A stretch of DNA of 64,000 bases. It comes from Geosiphon pyriformis uo1. Lineage: Eukaryota; Fungi; Glomeromycota. The translations under genes were made by a program, and so were the position numbers. How positions within the stretch are numbered: position 1 is the stretch's first letter; each line of letters starts with the position of its first letter. Location: assembly GCA_016748015.1 (NCBI GenBank), contig JAAOMT010000187.1, positions 46,448 to 110,447 on the forward strand, in the 5' to 3' direction. This document shows positions 37,901 to 52,200 of this stretch, one piece after another. The notes beneath the pieces were generated by a model. It did not search any database, was not told the origin of the DNA, and saw only the letters and a program-made list of their open reading frames with translations.

Positions 37901-40900
37901 CATTAACTGCAATGGCTTTCTCCACATCATTTAACCATACTTGGGCATCGTTCTCTTCACTGGTGAATTTTTCGAGTTTGGCTATTGGTGTATATGTTAT
38001 TGGATCTAAGTTGGGTTGTGGTTGCTGCTGAATTTGTTGTTGAGGTAGCAGTTGTGGCTGTTGTTGCTGTTAGGCGTTTGGTGGAGCTGGTGGTGAATTG
38101 ATCACAATTACTGGAGATAAGTGCTGATTAATTATGTTGGAGTTTTGATTATTCTGATTTTCTGGAGTTTGATTAACTAGAGTTTTAATTTCTGAATGTT
38201 CTAAGATCAGGTTTTGCTTATTAACTTCCTGATTGCTACTTTCTTCTTCCTTAGAATCAGTTATTTCTCAAAGACTAATGGCTCCGAAATCTGGTTGTGG
38301 TGGTAATAAACAAATTCCTGATGGCATTGGGGATCATGATTTAAATCTTTCAAAATAATCGCTGTATGTTCTTAATAACTCTGCCTTTTTTTGTTTACTT
38401 TGAAATAGGATTCTGTTTAGTGGCATTGTCATGTTTGTTGTAGCTGTGTTTATTATATTGATAGTGCTTCCAGATATGTAGTGATATGATAGATTAACAG
38501 GTGAATCAAACCTTTGTTTCTTCCAAGTGGGTAGTTGGATTTGCTTTGGTGTTCCTACTGGTGTTTGTAGCCTTCCTTTGCCTTTGTCTGCAAAAGTGAT
38601 AGAAAATCTCTGTTTGGTGTATTTTTCAATTTCCCTGTTTATTTCTGTAATTAAAAGTGCAAATAGGTAATTTTATAGAAGGGTGGTGCTTTGGAGTAAT
38701 TTACTGAAGAAGTTGTTGAAGACAGATTCTGGATCTCCTTGGCCTCCCAAGTGATATACTATTCTTTCATTGATGTAGCAATTGAAAGCTGATTCAGTTG
38801 GCCAACTATTATTTGTTAATCCGAGATGAATGTAATAGTGTTGGAATAAGAATTTTGTAAATCCTAAATGGTTTGTTCCTATTTTTTCGGATTCTGTCAC
38901 TGTTTGGATGATTATAGTTGGTGCTGTTCTCTGTAGGATTATATTTCACAGAGAACACCAAATGTTACAAATAATTATTTGAAGTCTCAAATCAAATAAC
39001 AAATCCATAACTTGGTGCTCAATATCTTGACAATGTTGGTAATACTAGTACATTGGTTGTATCTAAAGGTTTTAAAGTTGAGTCTTTTGTATAATAGACA
39101 GAGATTCAATGATGATGTAGTTGGTTGGTAAGTTGTGTTCCCAATTTTTGTCTTCAGCTTGGTGGCCAGTTTATTCTGGCAGTCATGCTCTTCTGATAAG
39201 CTATTCATTAATATATATATAATTTTACTCTTATTTCTAGATCTTTTATTAGGCTATTCATGATGTCAATTACTCAGTACTTTAATCCTTAATCAGTTAG
39301 TATATGACAGTAAAAATCAAAAAAAAAAGAAATAAAAGAAAATAAAGAAATGAGCCAAGGCAATGTATACATTAGTATTTTGTTAATAGTCATGATCAAG
39401 AGCTATTATTCTAGCGTGGTTAAGTATCAATTACTATTAATATAAAGTGTTGATAATGGAGAGTGAATTTGGATAGTGAATGATTTATTTATTTAATATT
39501 TGTGAATAGAAGATTTCTAACTAAAGGATTCTTATCTTTCTACTTCTAATGTTACCACTATATATACATAATTGATGTTCTACAAGATTGCTTATATTCC
39601 CGAGTGATGTGTTATGATTTCTTGAGCAATGCTCATATTGCTGAACAATGTGCTCTAATTTTTTAACATCGCTCCACATTGCTAAGCAATGTGCTGTGTT
39701 TTTTGATATTGCTCCATATTGCTGAGCAATGTGCCATGATTTCTATCATTGCTCTACATTGCTGAACAATGTGCTCATGTGCTACATACTATTCACTCAT
39801 TGGTCTACTATTCTCCCTATATCTGTTTTTTTTTTATGAGTAATAATGATTTCTAAGATTAACTCTTTCATTGTTAAGGCAGTCAACTCCAGTACTTTTG
39901 TAGTTTTGAGTGGAAATTTCAATGAAAATAGATTTAAAAAAAGTACAAGTTTTAAGTTTTGCTTGGGTCTGAATTTGGTCAACTCATTTAGTAAGTGTCT
40001 ACTGGTTAAAACTCTGACTTGGAACAATTTAAGAAGTGTTGAGAAAGTTATAGATTATATTTTTGTTAGTAAAAGTTTATTGTCAACTGTTGCTAGTTAT
40101 AATATCAATTCTGTGTTTCTTTTTTTTAACACTAATTACAAAGCTGTCATAGTATTGATTGGTCTGAATGGGCTTTTGAATATCTGCTTGAATGGCTTAT
40201 GCAAACAGATTAATAAAGATTACTGAAAGTTCAAAATCAAAGATGCAAATAGTGCCAAATAGATACAATTTAAAAATTGCTTTTCTATCAAGCTTTTGGT
40301 AGTAGAAAACGAGTTTTTGGATGCTATGTGGTTGTTGCTAAAGAGAGTGATAGTAGAATTGGCTAAAAAAATATTTTCTAAGCTTTGGTTCAATAAATTT
40401 CAGTATTTGAGAAACAAACAATTTTTAAGTTTTTTGGATTGGAGTTGTTAGTTGCCAAGATTACTAAAAAATTGTGCTCAAGTAATGCAATTGGCATTGA
40501 TTGTCTTGTAAGAAAATGGTCAACTTTGGATGATGTTAAAGTCTATATGATTGCAGACATAGTTCATATAAATGGTAAGTCATCAGTTATTCTTAGACAC
40601 TTGTTACCAGTTCATAAGAAATACAAAAAGTCCAAAATGTATAAGTCAAGATTGGCTGAGAAGATATCTATAAGAAAGACAATTGAGAAATATATAGAAA
40701 GTTTTGGTTCTAACAAGAGTAATATAATTGAGAGCATTCTGAATCAGCTTTTTTGCAAAGTGATTTTAGATTATTTAGTGGTAGATGGGGAGTTGGTTTT
40801 GAAATCAGAGGAGGTGAAACACAGTATAGATAAGATAATAAAGAGTTGGATGAAAAAGCAGATTGTGCATATGGCTTTGCCTAATTTTTAAGTTTGCCAA

Positions 40901-43667
40901 TATGTTTTATTGAATTATGTTAAAGATGATGTTTTTTTTAGCATGATAAAACAAATCAGCATGAAGGAATTGTGGTTGGTAATTAATGATCTGCCTGATA
41001 GCAAGGCTGTTGGTTTGTCTGGTATTCTTAATGAACTTTGGAAGCATAATAGTAATGAGATAATAGAATTCTTGTTGGAATTGTTGAATATGTATTTGTT
41101 TATTGATAGTGTGTTTGCCTTTTGGAAAAAGACCTGAATCTTAATGATTCCTAAATCTTATAATTGAGACAGGGTTCTAACAAACACTTGATCTATTGCT
41201 TTGATTAAAACTGCCAAGAAAATTCTCTCCAAGGTTTTTTTTAATCAGATTTCTGTTGTATATAGTAAGTTTGATGTTTTTCAGAGTAATAATTTTTCAG
41301 TTTTGAAAGATATATCTACTTAGTTTTCTGTTTTTACTATTGGTTTGGTGATTAAAAATGCTCTAAAAAAGAATAAAGAACTTTAATTAATCTTGCAGGA
41401 TATGTATAAAGCTTATGATTCAGTTAATTGGCATTACTTAAGGACTAATTTGTATTAAATCAAAATGTGTGATAAGTTTATTAAATTCTTTGGCAGCATA
41501 CATAAAGACAGAATTAATAAAATGATGACTGATTTTGGTCTTTTGAGTAAATATAGAGTGCATGATAGTTTGGATCAAAGTGAGATCTTTTTACCTCTTT
41601 TTTGGAGAATTTTTTATGATCCACTTTTGTGTAAAGTCAAATAACATGAACATTTGTATAGATACCAAATTGATACTAAGTTTGTAGCAAAATCTGGCAG
41701 AATTAAAAATAGTAGTGAAATGTCTTTCTTTTTTGCTGCTGGTGCTTTTGTTGATGACACAATTTGGATTAAAAACTGCCAAGCTTCTACTTAGTATGCT
41801 TTAAACATTGCTAATGAGTTTTTTTTGATCAACAACATTTCAATTAACAATGAGAAAACAGTGACTATTCTAATTAACCAGGGTGTTAAAATTGCTTCAT
41901 TAGTATTAGTGGTCAGCTGATTTTTATTGCCAAAAAAAATAAGGCACATAGATATCTGGATATCTTCTTGTTTACTAAGGAGTTGTCCAAGCTGAGTGTG
42001 ACCAAAACTTATTCTGATGTTCATTTCTTTGTTAATATGGTTTTCAAAAAGACTATCATAGATAAACAGTTCTCTTATTTGGTATTGGCTGTTTTGCAGC
42101 TTATAATTAGTTATAAAACACAGTTTGGTTTTATTTCATTTAGTGTATATTGCAAGTAAAATGTTATAATTAGAAAAGACCTCAAGTCTAAAGTCTGTTT
42201 GCCTTAGAATTTCCCTAGTAAAGCCTTATATTATTCTTTTTTGTATGATTTGAAATTATTTAAGCAAGTTTAGTTAGAAAGAAAATTGGCCACTTTGATT
42301 GCCTTTTCTAATGCTCTGAGTATTTTTAGGTGCTTGTTTAATCACAAATTTTTGGATTTGCAGGTTTTGGATTAGGCTCTTTTGAATTCTTTACAGCATT
42401 TTTTCAAGTTGTGCATTAGTCCAATAAACAATTTTTTGGCTGAAATGGTAAAAATTTTTGTTAACAATAAGCTTTTTTTGATAACCAATTTACTCAATGC
42501 TTTTTGTAATCCTGATTGCTTTTTAATGTTATTGATTTTGGAAAAAACTTGTTTCTTAGTTCTGTTTCCTCTTTAAAGCATTTTGAAATTGTTTTTAGTA
42601 ATAGACTTTTTGATAAAAAAACAATGTGATAGATTGAAAAATCTTTCATCAGTGGAAAAGACTAAATTTTAAAGATTTCATGCCTTATTAATTTGAGCTT
42701 ATGTTAGATTATTTGTGTAACAAGAGTTCCTCATCATGTGATTTTGTCATATTTGTATGGCCTTCTGGTTCAAATATTTGATGTTTAAAAAATTTTCTAA
42801 TGTGCAGAATGGTTTACATAAGATTTAATCTGGCTCTTTTGAGATTTACATGGATGATTTATTAAAAAATGCTGGTTCTGCTGGTGTTACTAGTGAAGTG
42901 GCTGTGTATTTTTCTGCTTTGAACATAAATATTGGTATTGGAGTCTGTGATTTTTTGTTTTTTACTATGGTTGAATTGCAAACTGTAGTATTGTCTTTAG
43001 AGTGTATTTTATCTTTATGTAAAGTGGTTTTGTATATTGACAGCCAAGCTGCTATTAATGTATGTGTTTTTGAGATGTCATTTGCTGTGCCAAATTTCCA
43101 TAATCAATGCTAATTGGAAAGAAGACACATTGCTAATTTGATTAAAAATAAAGATCTTACTATAAGTTGTATTAAGATTAAGAGTTATTTTGGGATTTGT
43201 GATAATGTAAAGACTAATACTACAACTAATAAGACTGCCTATTCTTTTTTTTCTTTGCCAGTGAAGATGCAAAAATGTTTTTTGGTGGCTGAAAACACTT
43301 CCATATCTGGCAATATCTACTATTTTGTTAGGGATTTATTTTAGTCTTGTTGGAAATCTAGATCTGGCCATAATATGGTCCTAAATATGCTAATCAAGAA
43401 TATAAATTGGAATATTATTGCAAAGGTTTGGTATCCTGATTCACATATACTTGTTGGCTTTACTAGTTGAAAGTCTTTTTATCTTTGTACATATATAATA
43501 AAAACTGTGCACAGATAGTTACTAGTGGCAGTTAGGAAGAGATTATACAATAAAAAATATTTTGGTGTATTGTGTTTATTGTATAATAAGGTAAAGTTAT
43601 TAGATTATGTCTTCATTTGTGTTCAGAATTCTAGTGTTTGAGAAAAAATTTTGACTGAAGTTTCTGT

Positions 43668-44643
43668 TGTTATTCATAGAATATAGGAAGTATATTAACA
43701 TATAAATTAGCCAATCAGAAGGAGACATAGTAAAAGTAAAATTCCAAGATTCTTTTCAAAGGAATTGCAGAATTTCAGGAATTTCAGGATTTTCATATAA
43801 GGAATTACAGGATTCCAGAATTCCAGAATTCCTCTCAAAGAAATTGCAGAATTCCAGAAATTCCAGGATTCCTGGCTAGAGAATTGAGGAATTTAAGAAA
43901 TCTTGTATAATATAAATTATATATATATAGCAAGAGTATTAAAAGCAGAAAAAACAATTCCTGGAGAATTCAATAGAGTTTTATTAATTTAGAACAATCC
44001 CCTTTCTTCTCTATTTATTAACTCTCTTTTCAAAGATAGTTGCTATCAACCAAAATAGAATTATATAAATAAAAGATCTTTTCAATTCTTCAAATCCATG
44101 TTATTGTCATTTGTTTAAAAATATAATCACTTTTCTATTTATTAACATTTTATGTTGATAAAATCCAACACTTAACTACACTAGAACAATAGTTCTTAAT
44201 CATGGCTATTGATAGGATACTAACTTGAATTGCCTTGGTTTATTTCTTATTTCTTATTTCTTATTTCTTTTCTTTTTATTTCTTTTCTTTTGTTGTTATT
44301 TACTAATTGAGTAAAAGATTAAGCACTGAAGTACAGATGTCATAGGGACTGGTAAAAGACCCATGAAACAAGGGTAGAACACTCATAGATTTGAGGATAG
44401 CTTACTAGGAGGATTACTGGCCACCATGCTGAAAAAAAATTCAATGGAATTGTGATTCTGGGAGACTACTGAAACAACTATTGAATCTCTGTCTATTATA
44501 CAAAGAACTTAACCAAAACCTTCAGATAACCAAAACATTCAGATACAAACAACCTACAGATATTACCAACATTATTTCATCAATTGAGCACCAAGTTACA
44601 GGTTTGTTATTTGCTTTAAAATCCCAAAAAATCACTTGTAACA
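43668..44643 (+). mobile_element. Solo LTR, A/B superfamily with a different U3
   Basis: TGTTA...TGTAACA ends; TSD CTGT at 43664-43667 and 44644-44647; R/U5 similar to the A LTR; U3 made of ~9-bp GAATTCCAG repeats. Confidence 0.9.
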
Positions 44644-45249
44644 CTGTACAATAGACTGCTTTGATAGGTGCTTATAGGACTTTTTTTCTGCTGTTTTGAA
44701 AATACTTTCCAGCTGTTTTTCAGATGTTGGCATGTATACAATTGTGTGCAAGGGGTTTGTGTTAAAGAAATAGTGTACAAAAACCTTTGAGATTTTTAAT
44801 GGAAGGAAAGAAGTTGTCTTTACTGTTGTTAAGTTTATAAGAACTTTGGTGAAATTACACTGTTCTATGGTCTGGCTAATAAGATTTAAATATAGAGTTG
44901 AATTGGAAAAAGCTGGTTTAATTGAAAATAGTGGTCTGATATCAGGCTTGTTATGTTGTTTGGTGCCCAGATTGTCAAATGGCATGGTTAAAATGCTTGG
45001 TATTATCAAGTTTTTTGCTGTTAGTTTTAGTCATTACAAACCATGTCTCTTTTTTTTTGGTTTAAATTGTGATATACATATTAGTATAAGTGTATAATGT
45101 TGTTTTGTCTGGTCTGAATGGTTAGTCACATGTAGTAAATGCATGAATCATATTTAGTTTGAGCCATTTAGTTTGGTTTTTTATACTAGATAGTGATTAG
45201 ACTTTACTTAATAAAGTATTAAAAAAATATACAAAAAACTTAACTAAAA

Positions 45250-45840
45250 ATCTTCAGATTTGAAAACTCTTTAAATAACATCAATATAATTAGCTATTGA
45301 ATATTAAGTTATAAGTTTGTTATTTATTTTAACACTCTAAATAATTATTTATAACAGTAGTCTTTAAGATCTATTTTAATTTGTCAGTATTTGCTTTTTA
45401 AGTCTAAAATTAAAAAGTATTTGGCTTTTTTTAGAGCATTTAGCATATTGTCAATTTTTGGTAATAAGTAAGCATTTTCAATTGTAACATTATTTAATTG
45501 ACAATAATTAACACAAAATTTAATTTTGCTATTTTTCTTTTTGATCAAAACAACTAATAAAACTTAAAAGCTTCTTAATAATTAAATAAGACTATTATTA
45601 AATATTTATTGGATTTTTTTTTTAATAAATTGGTGACTGGCAAGTAAAACTCAATATGTTTATTGCCATTTTGGTGAAATATCTTTTGTGTAGATTTAAT
45701 ATTAAATAATATTAATTTTTCTCAGATTATTATTGTCTTTAGCAAATATATTAATGTATTTAATAACAAGCTGTTTTAGTTTTCTTTATTGTTGTGATTT
45801 TAAAAGACCCATGTTAATTTGGTATTATTAATAAAATTTT
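45250..45840 (-). pseudogene. Decayed gypsy reverse transcriptase fragment
   Basis: Reverse strand reads KFCVNYCQLNNVTIENAYLLPKIDNMLNALKKAKYFLILDLKSKY. Confidence 0.75.
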
Positions 45841-46297
45841 AGTCAATAATTAAACATAATTTACTCTTATAATTTTTATTAATAATTAGCATATATTATT
45901 ATTATTTTATTTATTATTTATTATTTAATTAAATTATTATAATATTTCTATGTAATTAGTAATTTAATTTGTATAATATATTAATATAACTAAATATAAT
46001 AATTAGATTATACAATATTCTAAACTCTATAATATTTAAGAATTTACTTAAATTTGTATAAATTTATAAAGTATCTTAATAGTACACCAAAATAATTTAT
46101 AGTTTGTGGAAACAACTTGTAGTTTGCCAAAATATATCTTTAGTTTATCGAAATTATAATAAAAAAAGTTCAAGTTTATAAACTAATACTACAATAAGCT
46201 ATATAAAAGAAAAGCTTTTCTTTTTGAAAAATATATCTTACTTTGAAATTATAATCTTAACTAAAATTATTTTTATTAAAAAATTTTTCTTTAGTAT

Positions 46298-49200
46298 TGT
46301 TATGGGTTGGAGTAACAAGCTAACGGATAGCAAGGGAGAACAGGATTGTAGGATGATAGAAATAATTAAAGAAGATTCAACTTTAATGAGTGAATTGAAT
46401 GAGTATGAATTCAATATGCAAGATCAGTCTCATAAAATATCTCAGTCACTATTCTTTTCAAAGGTAACTGGGAAATCTAAAGGTAGAGGGATAGTCTGTA
46501 CTATCAACAATTGATTACTACTGGTATAATTCTATGTCTCACATTGGCACTCTTAGAATTTAATATCAGGTATCAACTTGTGCTTTTCAGTCACATTTAT
46601 TCAAATAATCTTCAAATGCTACAATTATATATGTTAGGAAAAGACCAACAAGTAATCTTTTATCTTAAGATGTTTGAATACTTGAAGGTAGGAAAAAGGA
46701 AATTAGCAATAAGAGAGTGATTGAGATGAAAGTTGTTATTTTTATTTATTTGATTCTTGTCTGAGAGATGATTTTCTATAGCTAAGAGACTCATTGCTTA
46801 TATAGTTAATGAAAGTGGTCAACGACCAGGTCAATGACTAGGTCAATAATCAGGTCAATGATCAGATCATTGATCAGGTCAATGATCACTATCTAAAAAT
46901 AGAATGACTAATTATATGACATCAGTGGCTAATACATGTGATAACTAATAAAAATTATGGGTTTCAACCATAACATCATCCTCTCCAAAGAGATTAAGCT
47001 CCGGTGAAATCAAGCTATTTATAGGGTATTCTAATTGAAGAGTTTTGTCTAACTCAAAACTAACTAGTTTGTTGAAGTCTTTTGTGGATAGAATGTATAG
47101 TACTTGAGACAAAATAAAGCTTTATATCCAAGAGACCAAATCTTTGTATAAGAGTTTTGGCTCTTTTTGCAATGGTCAAAACTCTTGAGACATCTAAACG
47201 TATAATGCCCAAAATTTCCACTTGTATCTCTGAAGTTGTTTTCTTCATGAGCTTCATTTCTTCTATGATTTCACCAAGATGACCATAGAATTCTAGTTGT
47301 CTTTCATATGACAAGTTTTTGTCTATGGACAAGATTTCCTTAATCATTTTTTCAATTATCATGAAAAATATAAGTATTGCTGCTGTTATGCTTTCCAGCA
47401 AATACTTATCCATTTTGCTACCAATTCTTTTTTTTCTGGTAGTGGTTTTCTTTGGTCTAATAACAATATGTGTTCTACTGTTATCAGTTATGGTGGTTTG
47501 TTTTCCAATGATCAGAGTAGCATTTAGATAATTTTTGATCCAGTATTCATGGAAAGTGTAGAAAGTGTTTTGAATGTTTTGTTCTAGGAAATAATTGTTC
47601 ATGTCAATTGAAGATATCTCTGTTTTGGGAATGGTGCATTTATTTATATCTGTTTTTTGTTGATTATTTGGGTTGGTATTACCACAACAAGTAACCAATC
47701 AGATCATTTGTGATATTTCTTAAGTCGTGTGTCATGAACAGAGCAATCATTGAAGGTTGTTCCATATTAATCTTGTAAGATATAAGAACCATTGTTCAAA
47801 ACTTTGTTGACTATAAAGGGTCTTTTCCACTGGCTAGAGAATTTATTACCATAGACATTGTCTCTGTCTGAACGGTATTCTAAAACTAAGTCACCAACAC
47901 TTAAGAAAAGTGTTTTATATGTTTTCTTTTTCTTAAGCTTCTCTTGGAATTGTTTTATCTTTTCAAAGGCAATTATCTGTGCTTCTACTAATGAGTCAAA
48001 AATGATACCAAGTTTTCTTTGCAAAATGTCTTTGTAATTTCCTATTGTTATTTCTTCAAAGGGTATTGTCTCAATGTTAGTTTCTATTGATAGAGTTGCT
48101 ATTCATCCATAGAGTAGATAAAAGGGTTCATAACTTGTTATGTCATGATTCACAGTTCTATAAGCAAACAAAGCTGAAGGCAGTACTTTGTCCCATAAGT
48201 TTGTTTCTTCACTGGTTTTGGCTAGGGTTTCACATAGTGTTCTATTAAAATGTTCCACTAAGCCATTTGTTTGGGGGTGATAAGGAGAGGAAAGTTTGTA
48301 ACATATTCCCATTTTTCTACAAAGTTCTTCAACAAGTGTACTGAGAAAAGTTCTTCCTCTGTCAGATAAAAGTTTTTTGGAGCAGCCATGGCGACAAATG
48401 ATATCTTCATAAATGAAATTGGCTATTGAGACTGCTATTTGGTCTGGAATGGCTCTTGCTTCTACCCACTTTATAAGATAGTCGGTAGCTGTAATAATGT
48501 ATCTGTTGCCATCAGGAATTATTGTTAAAGATCCAACAACATCTATACCAATTCTGTCAAAGGGTTGACCAACAAAAATTGGATGGATATCTTCTTTGTG
48601 ATTGGGTTTTCCTCTTCTTTGGCAGATATTACAGGTTTTGATGTATTCAGCAATGTCTTTTCCCAAGGTAAGCTAATAATAGTGAGCTAGAGTTTTTTGA
48701 ATTGTTTTTGTTTTTCCAAAGTGTCCAGCTAATGGATCAGTGTGCATATTGTAGATCACAATTTCTCTTTCTTCAAATCTGATGACTCTCTGAGGGCAGT
48801 CAGGATCTTTTCTATTTCTTTTATAAAGTTGGTTCTGGCAAATCAAATAGAAATTTGATTGTTTGCACAAATGTTTTCTTTGTTGTCGTGTGTATTTCAG
48901 TGGATATTGTTTTTTACCCAAAAATTCCATTAAGGCAGAGTAGTTGTCCAAGTCCATTATTGTGTTTGTCAAAAAAGAGGAAATTACTAATAATTAAGTT
49001 GGTTTGGTTTGAGAGGATTGTTCTGTTACTAAATGGTAAGTCTGGAAAGAGTGTCAGTGTTTTGATGATTAGCTTCTTTGTGATGTTGAATATCATAGTC
49101 AAATTCATCCAAGTGGAGTATCCAGCGAGTTATCCATTTGTGTTCTAACCTCTTTTTGTTGTACAGCCAAACCAAAGCTTGGTGATCTGTTACTACCAAA

Positions 49201-52200
49201 AACTTCATGCCAAGAAGATACTTACTCCAGTAACTGGTAGACCATACTACTGCTAAGCATTCTTGTTCAGTGACTAAATAGTTCTGTTCTGCTGGGGAAA
49301 GAGTTCTACTGGGGAAAGAGTTCTACTGGCATAGGCTATGGCATGTTTTTTGCCATCTTCATCTTTTTGGGAGAGAACAGAACCAAGTCCAAAGCCAGAT
49401 GCATTAGTGTGGAGGATAAAGAGTCAATCTAGATCAGATTGTTTGAGGATGGGTTCTGTAATCAGTTTTTCCTTTAAAGTTTCAAAGGCTTTTTGTTGAT
49501 GTGTTTCTCAATGGTAATTGACATTTTTCCTGAGTAGCTGATTGAAAAGAGAGGCGATTTTGGAGAAATCCTTAACAAATTTGCGATAATAAAAGGCCAA
49601 ACCAAGAAAAAAGCATAGTTCATGAATGTTCATTGGTTGTTTGATGTTTTGGACTTTTTTAACTTTGGCTGGGTCAGGAAAAATTTCATCTTTTGTGATA
49701 AGATGACCAAGGAACTGGGTGGATTGTTTTCCAAAGAAAGATTTGATTGGGTTGATTTTAAGGCCAGCATTTCTAAAGAGGTCAAAAACCTTTTGCAAAT
49801 GTTCCAGGTTTTTGAGTATACCATTATGTTGTCCAAATAGACTAGAACAAAATTTTCCTTGACTGATTCAAATATTTTATCCATTAAGCATTAAAAGGTG
49901 GGAGGGGCATTGGTGAGACTAAAAGGCATGATTGTGAATTCATAGGTGCCATACTTGGTGATAAAGGCAGTTTTCTTTCTGCTTTCTGGATTCATCTTTA
50001 CTTGTCAGAATCCAGCAGTTAAGTCAATGGTTGAGAAGAAAGCAGCATCTTTGAATTGGTCTAACATTGCATCAATCTTGGGAAGTGGGTACATGTCTCT
50101 TTCAGTAATGGCATTTAATTGGCAGTAGTCAACACAGAAGCATAGTGTTCCGTCTTTCTTAGATACCATTACAACTGGGAAAGCCTATTCACTCTTGGTT
50201 TTTTGTATGAATCCAAGTTCTTTCATCCAGTTTATCTCTTTCTTGATAAACTCATCATTGTGCCGATTGGATTAATAAGACTTCAAATGAATGGGTCAAG
50301 TTTCTCTGGTGGTGATGGTGTGTTGTATCACATGAGTACGTCCAGGGGTATCACTTTTTTGGAGATAACTAGGCTATTTCTAGCCAGCAAATTTTCAATG
50401 TCTATTTTTCTTTCTTCTGGGAAGAGTTTTTTTTGTTCTACAGCCAGTAATTGGATCTCAGGTGGTTTATTCTCAAAGGACTTCTGTACTTTTTTCAATT
50501 CTTCTCTGGGTATCAAACTGATTGGTTCTCAATCTCTGTAATAGATCAGGCATGATTTGCATTCATTGCTTGGAGAATACAAGGGTTTGTTGCACCAATA
50601 CTGGGCACAAGAACCATGCCACCAAAAACTGTATTTGGCTTTCTTGTCAGGTTTTCTTTCAAAGATTCTTCTAAGAATATTATAATAAGGCCAGCAGATC
50701 AGCTTGCCATTTACAATGATTCTTTTTTTGTCTGTTTTAACATTATCCAGTGGTTTGCCATTGCTGGTGAAGGTGGTATAGGTGAGTTCAGCAGTTTCTT
50801 CTTGCTCTTCTTGTTCTTCTTCTTCATCGCTCTCTTCATCATCTGATTCATCTGATTGTTTTTCTTCTTGGTTTTGTCTGGGTACTGGAAAAGTTGTCCA
50901 ATGGTGACACTTAACCACAATGGGTTTCTCACCACATCTGATGGTTAATTCACAAAGTTCATAATCAAGCAAAGCTTTTGTTTTCTTGAGCCATTTATTG
51001 CCAACAATAATGGTGTATTTCTTAGCTTCAGAAACTTCCATGTCAGTTTCAATGCTGATTCCATTGATGTGAACAGGAACAGCTTTGGCAATACCCAGTC
51101 CTTTCTTTTTGTCATTATGTACGTTGGTTATTGGTCTGGTGGAAAGTTCATCAATCTTTCTATTAATTGCTTCCAAGAAGTGTTTGGCAATAACACTAAC
51201 AGATGATCCACTGTTCAGAATTAAGTCAATGAAGTATCTAGCCACTTGGGCTTTACAAATCAGAGGGGTGACATTGCTGTTGTTAGCAAGTCCAGCTTGG
51301 CGAGGGCGTTTGTTGGTTTTTGGTGTCTTTTTTTTTGGGATCAAGGATTTGCGAAGATCTTTTTTGAACTGTGAGTGGATCATTAACTGGCCAAAGATAA
51401 TATGTGCTGGGGTTTTCATGAGATCTTTGACAACGGAATAGGGTCCAGATTTTTGTACAATTTCTGGGGGTTCTAACTTTGGAGGATTTTTAAAGACTTT
51501 AGTCTTTGGTGGTTCATTGTTATTAGCAGCAGAAGTTAAGGCTTTGTTGGGGTCTAGAACGAAATCAACCTTGGCTTTCTTCTTCTTTCTGGTTGGTTCT
51601 GAGGTGTTAATTGCTAGTTTATTTATGTCATGGTTATCATTAGTTAAGTTAAAAGCGTAAAAGAGGTTTTCTTTTGGTTGGCTTGCACTCTCACCCTTTG
51701 GAGGTGCACCTACCAGTTTAAAGGCTGATAAACAGTGGCTTCAACTAAGAGATCTTTTCCAAAGAAATTGATGTTGGCATAATTGGGTCTTTGATTGGGG
51801 ACATTGTTGTTGTTGTTGGGTCTGTTGTTTTGGTTGTCATTGTTTTTGGGAGCTAGAGGAAACAGTGGAAGATTGTTACAATCTCTTAAATAATGTCCAG
51901 TTAATCCACAACAATAGCACACAGGTGGGCCATAATTTTGCTGTCTTTGATAGGGAGGTTGCTGGGGCTGGTTAAAACAAAGTTTGTATTTAGGTCTTGG
52001 TGGTTGCTGGTTATCTCTGACTGCTTGTGTTAAAGGTTCTAATAACCGGACAAGATTGGTTGTAAGTCTATCAATTAATTGTTTATTTGGATTTTGAGTT
52101 TGGGCAGCAAAAGAAGCAGCAGCCATTTGAGGGGCAGGAGCCATAACAGAAGCAGAAGCAAAAACTAGAAGTGTAGATCCCAAATGTATTCTTTAGTTGT

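Larger units (their letters stand above)
28945..39845 (-). mobile_element. Full-length Ty3/gypsy element B (sister subfamily of A), inactivated
   Basis: LTRs 28945-29829 and 38963-39845; TSD ATGG/ATGA; decayed PBS 38944-38960; PPT ~29830-29845; gag from ~38900, protease ILDSRSAG ~36540, dUTPase 34600-34990, RT ~33200-32420, integrase ATG at 31920. Confidence 0.94.
16300..45240 (+). mobile_element. Full-length APE-type non-LTR retrotransposon (LINE) with RNase H, pseudogenised; pieces ~16300-18156, 28316-28944, 39846-43667, 44644-45240
   Basis: ORF1 with degenerate CCHC knuckle (~17715-17760). ORF2: endonuclease AMCNV (28590), GNFNE (39912), IDYIFVS (40050); RT QDMYKAYDSV (41395), LDQSEIF (41570), AFVDDTIW (41745); RNase H YMDD (42847), DSQAA (43040); C-terminal Cys/His finger (~43570); stop at 45097, 3' UTR and A-rich tail. 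Reading continues across each insertion. Confidence 0.9.

Noticed and set aside
46224-46720. ORFs of 96 and 69 aa
   Set aside because: Antisense frames across the element C LTR, repeated at 53532-53741
47060-47698. ORF3 as a retroviral env
   Set aside because: Too short, no signal peptide, furin site or C-terminal anchor; the single hydrophobic stretch may be inflated by hypermutation
49292-49329. 17-bp tandem duplication in RNase H of element C
   Set aside because: Simple slippage-type inactivating mutation
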